From assembly GCA_041659265.1 (NCBI GenBank), contig JBAZYP010000009.1:12201-76200 (forward strand): a stretch of DNA of 64,000 nt, read 5' to 3'. Below the pieces are notes generated by a model. The model saw only the letters and a program-made list of their open reading frames with translations, made no database searches and was not told where the DNA came from. Made by a program: the position numbers and the translations under genes. This DNA comes from Candidatus Pacearchaeota archaeon (GTDB lineage Archaea > Nanobdellota > Nanobdellia > Pacearchaeales > GW2011-AR1). This document shows, one piece after another, positions 53,962-62,707 of this stretch (positions are counted from its first letter, which is position 1; each line of letters starts with the position of its first letter).

Positions 53962-54724
53962 TAAATTTATTATTATCATAATATTTTCTTTAATATCTCT
54001 ATTCTTTTTGGAAAGTATAATTGCAATATCTCCAAGTGGTGGAGAGATAATTGGAATAAAAAATGAAACTGCTCCTTCTGGATCTCCAACTTCTGCGCAA
54101 GCTGTTGCTGGAAATGTAACCGAACTTAATATATTCGGATTTTCAACCACTCAAACTTGGCAAGGCTATTTTGGAAATATTAGTGGAACAATCCAACTCG
54201 CAGATGGATCAGGTAGAGCTATGTATAATTGGAGCGCAACTAACCCTGAAGGGGAGGTATTTGCATCATTAAATGATAGTCTTATTTGGACAAATTTAGC
54301 ATGCTTTAATTTTTCTTCAGATGGAAGTTTTACTGATGATAGTCTTCAATCTGGAAATACTAGTTTATATGGGATGAATCTTACCCAATTAGAATCTGAT
54401 TTTGGAATAGAACCGAATGATGTTGATGGGGTTAATGAAACATTTATTTTTCAAGATCATCCTTTATTTTATGTGAATAATTTAATGTTTAGCCAGGGAG
54501 AATGCAGAAATACTAGAATTTATAATAGTACTGGACAAGGGGCTTTTGATGAGGTATTATTGTATTCTCCAGATAATCGTGCAGTAGTATTTGCTTCAAT
54601 ATTAAGAGATAATGCAATAGGTTTTGATGGAAGAGAATATGATTTTGAGATGCTTGTTTTAGAAGATGGTCATGGGGAAGATGTATCCACTTCAACTTAT
54701 TATTTTTACTTAGAGCTTGAGTAA
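53954..54724 (+). CDS. secreted ~256-aa protein, YYFYLELE family (paralog 1)
   Basis: ATG 53954 gives MNNKFIIIIIFSLISLFFLESIIA-ISPSGGE. Roughly half its residues are identical to 55609..56391 (by eye). C-terminus STYYFYLELE. Confidence 0.75.
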   Translation: MNNKFIIIIIFSLISLFFLESIIAISPSGGEIIGIKNETAPSGSPTSAQAVAGNVTELNIFGFSTTQTWQGYFGNISGTIQLADGSGRAMYNWSATNPEGEVFASLNDSLIWTNLACFNFSSDGSFTDDSLQSGNTSLYGMNLTQLESDFGIEPNDVDGVNETFIFQDHPLFYVNNLMFSQGECRNTRIYNSTGQGAFDEVLLYSPDNRAVVFASILRDNAIGFDGREYDFEMLVLEDGHGEDVSTSTYYFYLELE

Positions 54725-54992
54725 ATTTAATTTTTATATCTAAATTTTAATTTTTTTTATTTGAATTGCAAGTTTTTTTTATTTTTAGGTTTTTTAACCC
54801 TTAAAAAAGCAATTTATATCTATTTTAGTAATTAATTAAATAGTATATTAAATTTAAAAGAATTATAATTTTATTTTAATTATAATTTTAATGAGTTATT
54901 TACTTTTAAAGCTTTAATTAATTAATTAAACATAATATTTAAATAGTCTTGATATTTATTTACTTAAAAGAGGTATAATAAAGAAATAAGTC

Positions 54993-55604
54993 ATGGATTT
55001 TGACCTGTTCTTGACTTCCCCTAGGTGGGAAATCTTGCAAATAATAGCCGAAAGGCCTTCGTCTCCTGTAGAGATTGCTGAAAAACTTAAGACAACGGTA
55101 TCTTATGTCAGTCAGCAACTTAAATTGCTTGATGCTGCTAATCTGCTTTCCAAAGAGAAGACTGGTGCTGCTGAAAAAGGCAAACCAAGAACACTTTTTA
55201 GCCTTTCTAATGAATTATTTTATTTAACTGTTTTAACAAAGCAATTTTCTAAAAAGAAACTTTTTAAATTAGATGAACACCATAAAAATATTTTAAAAAT
55301 TTGGTTAATTGAAGATAATACTATTCATCATTTAATAGAAAAGTTATATTGGAAACTTCAAGAGGAAATTTCCGATATAGAAGGAATTTTCATTGATAAT
55401 ATCAATTTTAAGCCAAAAATTATTATTCTCTCTGAATCAAAAAAAGTAAAATTAAAGATAGATTCTTATATTGAAGATGAAGGAAAAAGGCTAGATCTTA
55501 ATATTATTTCTTCAAATACCTTTAAAAAATATTTTTCTGAAAAACTAATTTCATTACATGATCCAACTAAATTATTGGAAAAGTTGAAAGGAGGTTTGAT
55601 TTGA
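54993..55604 (+). CDS. ArsR-like winged-helix regulator with C-terminal domain
   Basis: PRWEILQIIAERPSSPVEIAEKLKTTVSYVSQQLKLLDAANLL. The stop lies 4 nt before the next ATG. Confidence 0.65.
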   Translation: MDFDLFLTSPRWEILQIIAERPSSPVEIAEKLKTTVSYVSQQLKLLDAANLLSKEKTGAAEKGKPRTLFSLSNELFYLTVLTKQFSKKKLFKLDEHHKNILKIWLIEDNTIHHLIEKLYWKLQEEISDIEGIFIDNINFKPKIIILSESKKVKLKIDSYIEDEGKRLDLNIISSNTFKKYFSEKLISLHDPTKLLEKLKGGLI

Positions 55605-55608
55605 ATAG

Positions 55609-56391
55609 ATGGTTAACAAATTTTTAGTGAGTTCTAGACTAAGATTATTTTTGGTCTTAATTTCATGTGTTTTGTCTGTAAATATGATTTTGGCAGTTCC
55701 TTCAGGAAGTCAGATTACTGGTTTAACCAATTCATCTGCTGCTACTATTGCACCTGATTGGGATAATGCAATTGCAGGAAATGTTAGTGAATTAACTTTA
55801 TATGGTGATTCTGTAACTCAATCTTGGCAAGGTTATTTTGGAAATGTAACAGGAGCAATAAGACTAGCTGATGGATCTGGAAATGTAATGTATAATTGGA
55901 GTTTAACTAATCCTAGTGGAGAAATATATTCTTCATTTAATGATTCCATAATCTGGACAAATATACAATGTTTTAATTATACTGCTGCAGGAACTTTTGC
56001 AGATGATTCAGGACAAGCTGGTGCTACAAGCAGATTTGGTATGAATTTAACACAATTAGAAGGTTTATTTAATATAACTTCAACAGATGTTGACGGAGTA
56101 GATGAAACTTTTAGTTTAAACAGTCATGTTGCATTCTATACTAATAGCAAGCAATTTTCAGCAGGAGAATGTAACAATTCCAAAATATTCACTCAAAATG
56201 GAACTGGATATTTTGATGAAGTATTGTTGTATTCACCAGATACACAAGTAGTTGTATTTACATCAATATTAAAGAGCGATGCTTTAGGTTTTGATGGGGC
56301 TAAACATGATTTTGAGATGTTAGTCTTAGAGGATGGAAGAGATGGTAATAGTGCATTAACGCCATATTACTTTTATTTAGAACTTCAATAA
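55609..56391 (+). CDS. secreted 260-aa protein, YYFYLELQ family (paralog 2)
   Basis: Signal LFLVLISCVLSVNMILA-VPSGSQ. Shared blocks TQSWQGYFGNVTGAIRLADGSGN.MYNWS, IWTN..CFN, DVDGV.ETF, FDEVLLYSPD and DFEMLVLEDG. C-terminus PYYFYLELQ. Confidence 0.75.
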   Translation: MVNKFLVSSRLRLFLVLISCVLSVNMILAVPSGSQITGLTNSSAATIAPDWDNAIAGNVSELTLYGDSVTQSWQGYFGNVTGAIRLADGSGNVMYNWSLTNPSGEIYSSFNDSIIWTNIQCFNYTAAGTFADDSGQAGATSRFGMNLTQLEGLFNITSTDVDGVDETFSLNSHVAFYTNSKQFSAGECNNSKIFTQNGTGYFDEVLLYSPDTQVVVFTSILKSDALGFDGAKHDFEMLVLEDGRDGNSALTPYYFYLELQ

Positions 56392-56462
56392 TTTATTTTT
56401 TTTATTTTTTTTATTAAGTTTATTTTTTTAGATGCAAGAAAAAAAGAAAGGGAGAAAAAGAA

Positions 56463-57716
56463 ATGATAATTGAAAATAGAATTAGAAAAGATAAAAAGAA
56501 ATGTAAATTTTTTTTTAAATCTAAATATATAAATATTATATTTATAATATTAGTCATACTTACAAATAATATTTTAATTACAGCAACTATAATCGGAATA
56601 AGTCCGGCTTCTGTAGGTATGACAAAAGTATTACGTGGAGGATATGCAGAAAGAAATATTGTTGTTTCTACAGATAGTGTTGAACCAATTTTAATCAAAT
56701 TAACTCAAAGAGGAGATACTAATGGTTGGATAAATTATTCAGATGATAATTTTAGCATATCTAAAGATTCTCCTTATGTACTTAAGATGATTATTCTTCC
56801 TCCCCTGGATCAGAGTAATGGAAATTATTCTGGTTTTTTGACTTTTTCTTCAAGCCCATTTGGAAAGGGAAGAGAAGGCCAGGCAGTAGGAGTAATACGA
56901 TCTACATTAGATTTGGCTCTTGATTTTGAAATAATTGATACAGAAATTATGGATTGCTCTGCTAAAAATTTTATAGTCGAATCTGCAGAAAAAGGAGATG
57001 ATATTATCTTTAATCTTGTAGTAATAAATAATGGAAATATTCGATTTAAACCTAATTTGAATATAAAAATATGGGATATAGATCAGATTGAAATAAAAAA
57101 AGAAGAAAATATTTTAGGTCAAGAAATATTACCTACGACTGCTGATAATTATAGCGCAAGGGTTAAATCTGATGAGCTTGAAGTTGGTCAATATTTTGCT
57201 GAAATATCTATAGATGAGTGTTACTCTTCACAGCTTTTAACATTTGATATATTAACTCCTGGTGCATTAAAGGCTGATGGGTCTTTACTTGGAATAATAC
57301 TTTCAAGACAAGGTTATGTTGGAGAGAGGGTTCCTATACGAGTTAGTTTTAAAAATACTGGACAAAAAGATGTTTCAGCACAATTTGATGGAAAAATCGT
57401 TCTTGATGGCAAGACTATCCAAAAATTAGATAGTCAAAAAATAGGAGTATCAATTTCACAGACAAAAGATTTTAATTTTGAATTTCAACCTGAAAAACCT
57501 GGAAAATATATAATTAGCGGAAAAGTTTATTATAGTGGTAAGAAGACTTTTGAATCTAGTGCTAGTATAGATATAATTGATAAAACTTCCAAGAAATCTA
57601 ATTTATTCATTTATCTAATTTATTTAGCATTAATATTTTTTATTGTAGTTTTATTTTATAAGATAAATAAAGAAAGAAGAATCTATAATCATAATTTAAA
57701 GAGGTTAAGAAGATGA
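56463..57716 (+). CDS. membrane-anchored protein with three CARDB/COG1470-like beta-sandwich domains
   Basis: N-terminal anchor IIFIILVILTNNILITATIIG-ISPASVG. Repeats carry NNGN/NTGQ and GxY..E/G patterns. C-terminal TM LFIYLIYLALIFFIVVLFY. ATGA overlap with the next gene. Confidence 0.7.
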   Translation: MIIENRIRKDKKKCKFFFKSKYINIIFIILVILTNNILITATIIGISPASVGMTKVLRGGYAERNIVVSTDSVEPILIKLTQRGDTNGWINYSDDNFSISKDSPYVLKMIILPPLDQSNGNYSGFLTFSSSPFGKGREGQAVGVIRSTLDLALDFEIIDTEIMDCSAKNFIVESAEKGDDIIFNLVVINNGNIRFKPNLNIKIWDIDQIEIKKEENILGQEILPTTADNYSARVKSDELEVGQYFAEISIDECYSSQLLTFDILTPGALKADGSLLGIILSRQGYVGERVPIRVSFKNTGQKDVSAQFDGKIVLDGKTIQKLDSQKIGVSISQTKDFNFEFQPEKPGKYIISGKVYYSGKKTFESSASIDIIDKTSKKSNLFIYLIYLALIFFIVVLFYKINKERRIYNHNLKRLRR

Positions 57717-59932
57717 AAAAATTAATTTTAATTTTGTTATTAGTATTTTTAACAATAAATTTTGTTTTTTCACAATCACAAACCGTTGTTCTTGATTATA
57801 ACTATAATAATATCACTAGATTTGAAAAATCAATCAATTATCCTGATTTTCTTTTGAAAGTTATAACTGAAAATAATTCTATATGTAAATATAGTGTTAA
57901 TCGCGACATTAATTATATTGATATGGAAGGAAGTTTTGAAACTAATACCGAGAAGATTCATGAAAAAAGTTTTGTATCCTTGTCAGAAGGAGTTACAAGG
58001 TATTTCATAAAATGTATATTTTTATATAATAACTCTTTTGAACCTTCTCAAAATGAATTATTATTAAGGGTCAATTCTTATGTAACAGGAAAAATAACTT
58101 TATCTAGGGAGTCTCCATTAAAATCTGGTCAAGTAGAAGTTAGTTTAACTACCTCTAAAATAATTTCACAAACTCCTATTTTAAGTTATTCATTTGATGG
58201 AATTACTTATAATGATCTTCCTTTGGTTGGATCTCAAAAGAATTGGAAAGGTTATTTAATGATTCCAAAAAATGCTGGAGAAACATTATTATCTTTTAAA
58301 TTCAGTGCAAGTGATCTTGAAGGAAGGCAAGGTCAAGAGATTACTTCTGGCAAGGTTTTTGTTATTGATACTATTAAACCTAAGATGGTTTCATATATTG
58401 ATGCTGAAAGTGAAGAAGGAAGAATAAAGTTAGAATGGTATTATGATGAAGATTTTAAGGAATTTAGAATTTTTAGGTCAAATTCTCCGAATTCTGATTA
58501 TACTAATTTTTATAAGATAATTGACGGTACTTCTTTTTATGACACTCTTGTAGATAAGGGAAAAACTTATTATTACAGGGTTTCGCCTGTTGACGAGGCT
58601 GGAAATGAGGGAGAATTATCTAAAGAAGTATTAGCAACTGCACTACTTCCAAATAATTTACAAACAAATCTTAATGGGGCTATTGGATTAAATCCTGAAT
58701 TATTAGGATTTGTAGATAATTTTATTGTTGAAATAGATTCAGTAATTTCTGATTTAGAGAGTATTAAAGAAAATGTTTTAACTAAACCAGAAAAAGATAA
58801 GTCTTTATTTAATGAATTGCAATTGGATAAAGATCTTGAAACTTCCAAGTTGGAATTATCTAATTTAAGAAAAGATATTGAAAGATTTAAATCTCAAGAT
58901 CTTAAATTAGATGAACTTAATAAGAAAATAGATTCGTCTAGGCTAAAATTAAATGTTATAAAAAGAAAGATTCCTGAAAGTTTTGCTGTTATAAATGAAA
59001 ATGAAGAAGAGAATACATTTGATGAAAAAGAAACTAATGAAATTTTACTTGAATTATATCCTACTTTTTCACAAAAGGAAATCGAAAGGAGTTTAAAAGC
59101 TACAAAAGATATTATTAAAGAATCAGGATATCAGGTAAAAAGTTATTATTATATTCTTAATATTATTTATCTTGATGGAACTAAAAAAGAGATTTCTTTA
59201 ATTAAAAGAGATATAACTTCCCAATTGACTAGAAAGGATAATTATACTTTTATTGAATATATTCCAAAGGATGTAGCTGAAAGCACTTCTGAAATTCAGA
59301 TAAAAACTCTTGGATACGGGATTGTAAAAGAGGATCCAATAATATCTTTTGGAACAGATACAAAACAAATAATTTATATTATAAATAAAAAATCCAATTT
59401 AGATCTTATTAAGAATACTAAATTTTATTTAATAAATATTCCAATAAACTCTGAGGAATCAAATTTAGGTTTTGATATAACTGGATATTTTTTATTAGAT
59501 TATGATAAAAAAAGCTACTTTGGAATAGTTATTGCAACATTATTCTTGTCTTCTTTAATAATTTACTTTTTTTATTTAAAATATAAGGGAAAGAATAATA
59601 ATCTTGATGAAGTATATAAAAAATTAGACTTATTGGATTATCTTCTTGAATTAAAGGATGAATATAAAGCTGAAATTTCCTATAGGGATATTAATAATGA
59701 TTATATAAAATTAAGTTCAAAAGAGAAAGAAAAGTTATATCCAAAAATAGAGAAATTGAGGGAAAGAATCTTAATTTTAAAATTAAAAAAAGGGATAATT
59801 GAATTAAATAAAAATAAAGATTTTGAAAAATTCAAAAACTTAGAAAAAATATTTAATAGTTTAAGCATTGAATCAAGAAAAGAAATTTCTCCTTATTTTT
59901 ATAAATTAAAAAAGAACTTTGAAAATATATGA
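57713..59932 (+). CDS. single-pass surface protein with FN3-like domain, coiled-coil stalk, ITGYFLL motif, TM and helical tail
   Basis: Signal LILILLLVFLTINFVFS. FN3-like RIKLEWYYDEDFKEFRIFRS...YYYRVSPVDEAGNEGELS. TM FGIVIATLFLSSLIIYFFYL. Tail motif repeats. Confidence 0.75.
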   Translation: MKKLILILLLVFLTINFVFSQSQTVVLDYNYNNITRFEKSINYPDFLLKVITENNSICKYSVNRDINYIDMEGSFETNTEKIHEKSFVSLSEGVTRYFIKCIFLYNNSFEPSQNELLLRVNSYVTGKITLSRESPLKSGQVEVSLTTSKIISQTPILSYSFDGITYNDLPLVGSQKNWKGYLMIPKNAGETLLSFKFSASDLEGRQGQEITSGKVFVIDTIKPKMVSYIDAESEEGRIKLEWYYDEDFKEFRIFRSNSPNSDYTNFYKIIDGTSFYDTLVDKGKTYYYRVSPVDEAGNEGELSKEVLATALLPNNLQTNLNGAIGLNPELLGFVDNFIVEIDSVISDLESIKENVLTKPEKDKSLFNELQLDKDLETSKLELSNLRKDIERFKSQDLKLDELNKKIDSSRLKLNVIKRKIPESFAVINENEEENTFDEKETNEILLELYPTFSQKEIERSLKATKDIIKESGYQVKSYYYILNIIYLDGTKKEISLIKRDITSQLTRKDNYTFIEYIPKDVAESTSEIQIKTLGYGIVKEDPIISFGTDTKQIIYIINKKSNLDLIKNTKFYLINIPINSEESNLGFDITGYFLLDYDKKSYFGIVIATLFLSSLIIYFFYLKYKGKNNNLDEVYKKLDLLDYLLELKDEYKAEISYRDINNDYIKLSSKEKEKLYPKIEKLRERILILKLKKGIIELNKNKDFEKFKNLEKIFNSLSIESRKEISPYFYKLKKNFENI

Positions 59933-60246
59933 TGAAATTAATAATATTTTCCTTTTTATTAGTATTTTTTTTAGGATTAATTAGTGTTTCATCCTCTGAT
60001 ATTATTAAAATGAATTTAAATGAGGGTAAAAATAATCTGCATATAACCTCTGAAAAAGAATTTTTTGTTAAAGATTTAATTTTATTAAATCCGGATATAG
60101 AAGTTATTTCTTATATTAATGGAAATAGGACAATAGGATATATTAATATTTTTGGAGGGATAGGAGAGAATTTTTTAATAAGGAATGATATAAATTATGA
60201 GATTATCAGTAAAAGTGATGCTGAAATTATTTTTCCTTTAAATTAA
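59929..60246 (+). CDS. small secreted protein (105 aa)
   Basis: Signal MMKLIIFSFLLVFFLGLISVSSS. ATGA overlap with the upstream gene, and the next gene starts 2 nt after the stop. Confidence 0.6.
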   Translation: MMKLIIFSFLLVFFLGLISVSSSDIIKMNLNEGKNNLHITSEKEFFVKDLILLNPDIEVISYINGNRTIGYINIFGGIGENFLIRNDINYEIISKSDAEIIFPLN

Positions 60247-60247
60247 G

Positions 60248-61513
60248 ATGAAAAAAAAATATTTTTTTCAAAAATTTAAAAATAATGAAATTAAAAGAAA
60301 TATTTTAATTAATAAATATTTTATTTCATTTATATTTAATATTTTTTTAATTTATTTTTTTATAACTTCTATAAGTGCGGCTCATTATATTGTTGGTTAT
60401 GTTAATAATTCAAGGGGAGGAATACAAGCAGATAATCATACTATTCTAATATGGAATCCCCTAGTTGGATTAGAGGATAATTTGACTGAAATTATTGGAA
60501 TTTCTGGAAGTTCTGGAGTTAGAAATGTTTATATGATTGATTGTGAAATGCTAAATAATTCTTGCAAGGTAGGAGATATAATTAATATTCAAGTCATAGA
60601 TAATGGCGATGGGTATTTTAGTAATCAAACTTATGTTAATATAACTGGTGCTGGATTTGATAGTGCACAAAATCTTTTTTTAATAACTCAAATGAATATT
60701 AGTTCAATAATTGTAGATGATTTTTTATCTAGTCCTTCTAATGAAATTGATTTACTTGCTGCAACAAATCAAACAGTAAATTGTGAGGCAATTATTGTTG
60801 GTTTAGATGGGGCCTCATTATTCAATATAAGTTCACAATTTTTTAATGATAATTTATCTTTTTATGGGGATAGCAATGATAATAATATCCATTATACCAA
60901 TAATAGTTGTTTTATTAATCAAAGTTATAATGGCAGTCATACAAAAAAGATTATTTGTTCATTTCCAGTTCAATATTATTCAAATAGTGGAAATTGGAGT
61001 TGCAGGATAAATATTATGAATAATTATTCAATTGAAACAAATAATTCAGATAACACTTTTATAAATACTTTGCTAGCTATAGGAGTAGATTCGCCTGTTG
61101 ATTATGGAGAATTTAATATTGGCAGTGTAACTGATGAAAAACAAATCGATATAATTAATTATGGCAATCAAGTCGCTAATTTAAGTTTAAAAGGATATGG
61201 CCAAATTGAAGGGGATGGATTTTCTATGATCTGCAATGGAAGTGGCAGCAATAATCTAAGCGTTTATCATGAAAAATATAACCTAACACAATCTAATTTT
61301 GGAGAAATTACTTTAAATCAAATGGAAAATATATACAAAAACTTAACAAGCGAAAGTGTAATTAATAGTTTTAATATTAAAATTAGAGAAAATGATTTGT
61401 TTAATGATGCAATAAATTCTTCTTATTGGAGAATGTATGTGCCCATTGGTGCTTTTAGTGGATCTTGTCAAGGAAATTTAATATTTGGAGCAGTAATTGC
61501 TCCAGGAGAATAA
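60248..61513 (+). CDS. secreted 421-aa protein with AHYIxGYV N-domain
   Basis: Anchor/signal FISFIFNIFLIYFFITSISA-AHYIVGYV. The N-terminal ~110 aa are colinear with 44582..46465 (ILIWNP, IIGISGSSG, IDCEMLNNSCKVGDII, NITGAGFD). Confidence 0.75.
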   Translation: MKKKYFFQKFKNNEIKRNILINKYFISFIFNIFLIYFFITSISAAHYIVGYVNNSRGGIQADNHTILIWNPLVGLEDNLTEIIGISGSSGVRNVYMIDCEMLNNSCKVGDIINIQVIDNGDGYFSNQTYVNITGAGFDSAQNLFLITQMNISSIIVDDFLSSPSNEIDLLAATNQTVNCEAIIVGLDGASLFNISSQFFNDNLSFYGDSNDNNIHYTNNSCFINQSYNGSHTKKIICSFPVQYYSNSGNWSCRINIMNNYSIETNNSDNTFINTLLAIGVDSPVDYGEFNIGSVTDEKQIDIINYGNQVANLSLKGYGQIEGDGFSMICNGSGSNNLSVYHEKYNLTQSNFGEITLNQMENIYKNLTSESVINSFNIKIRENDLFNDAINSSYWRMYVPIGAFSGSCQGNLIFGAVIAPGE

Positions 61514-62598
61514 TGTTAGAAATAATTTATTTAATCAATAGCATTGTAACCTTAATTATATTTTTTATTTTATTAAAGGGCTATTTTATAGATAAAGCTA
61601 AAAAACATATACAAAGAGTTGTAAATGTCCTTTTTGGAATTTCATTAATTTATTTTATATTATTTTTGTATTCAAGTTTATGGTATTTTGAGATATTAGA
61701 ATATTCTTTAGAAGATTTTTTATTAATAAATACTTTGATGAACGTAATTCAAACATTACTTTTATTCAGGATAGTTTATTTATTAAATCAAAATAAAAAT
61801 CTCTTTTATTTATTATTTTTTTATGTTATTGGACTTTTATCAGTATTTTCTTCAATAATTAACTTTTATAATATTTTTTTAATAATTTCTTATCTATTAA
61901 CTTTAGCATTATTATTAGTATTAGGGGCCTCAATAGGAATTGTAAAAAAATCTTCAAATTATGGGATTGCATATTCTTGCATTTCTTTAATTTTATTATT
62001 ATTTTCTATGTATTTTCCAAATCTAATTTTTTTATTTTCAATATTTTCAAATATTTTGTTTTTATTATTTATTTATAATTTTATAAAAATTTTGGATAAA
62101 TGTCCTGTTGTTTATCATGACTCAAGGTATAAGAAGAAACATTATATATTTATTTTTTTAAGATATTTGACCTTTGTTATAACAATAACTAATTTGGTAT
62201 TTATAGGAACTCTAGCTGTTCATGAGTTTGGACATTTTTCAGTAGCTAAATTATATGGTTGTGAATATAGCAAGATAATCTATGAATCAGATATGCCTTA
62301 TACTGAAACTTTTTGCAAAATGGATTCAAAAAATAATCTATTATTTGGGGGGATATTTCTGCCATTTTTAATTGGATTTATATTATTTATAGTAGGGGGA
62401 TTAGTTATAAGGGATATATCTCTATTAATAATTGGATTTAATCTCATTGTTTCAACTAAAGATTTTATTGAATTGGGTCTAACTGAAAATATCATATTAA
62501 TCTCCATAATTGCAGGCGTTTTATTTTTAATAACCGGGATAGTAATGTTAGCTAAATCAAGAACAGAGGATTATATGCATATAGTCTTTGATTTATGA
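61513..62598 (+). CDS. polytopic membrane protein with HExxH motif (site-2 protease/M50-like, tentative)
   Basis: TAATG overlap start, giving MLEIIYLINSIV. About nine TM helices. LAVHEFGHFSVAKLYGC lies at a TM boundary. The second M50 motif was not clearly seen. Confidence 0.5.
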   Translation: MLEIIYLINSIVTLIIFFILLKGYFIDKAKKHIQRVVNVLFGISLIYFILFLYSSLWYFEILEYSLEDFLLINTLMNVIQTLLLFRIVYLLNQNKNLFYLLFFYVIGLLSVFSSIINFYNIFLIISYLLTLALLLVLGASIGIVKKSSNYGIAYSCISLILLLFSMYFPNLIFLFSIFSNILFLLFIYNFIKILDKCPVVYHDSRYKKKHYIFIFLRYLTFVITITNLVFIGTLAVHEFGHFSVAKLYGCEYSKIIYESDMPYTETFCKMDSKNNLLFGGIFLPFLIGFILFIVGGLVIRDISLLIIGFNLIVSTKDFIELGLTENIILISIIAGVLFLITGIVMLAKSRTEDYMHIVFDL

Positions 62599-62707
62599 AA
62601 AAAATAATGATTTTGAGGTATGTATTTTATTCAATATATATCTATTTAAATGGAGAATTTTCAAGATATTTATGAAAAAAGAATGGTAATATAAAAGGGT
62701 GTATAAA

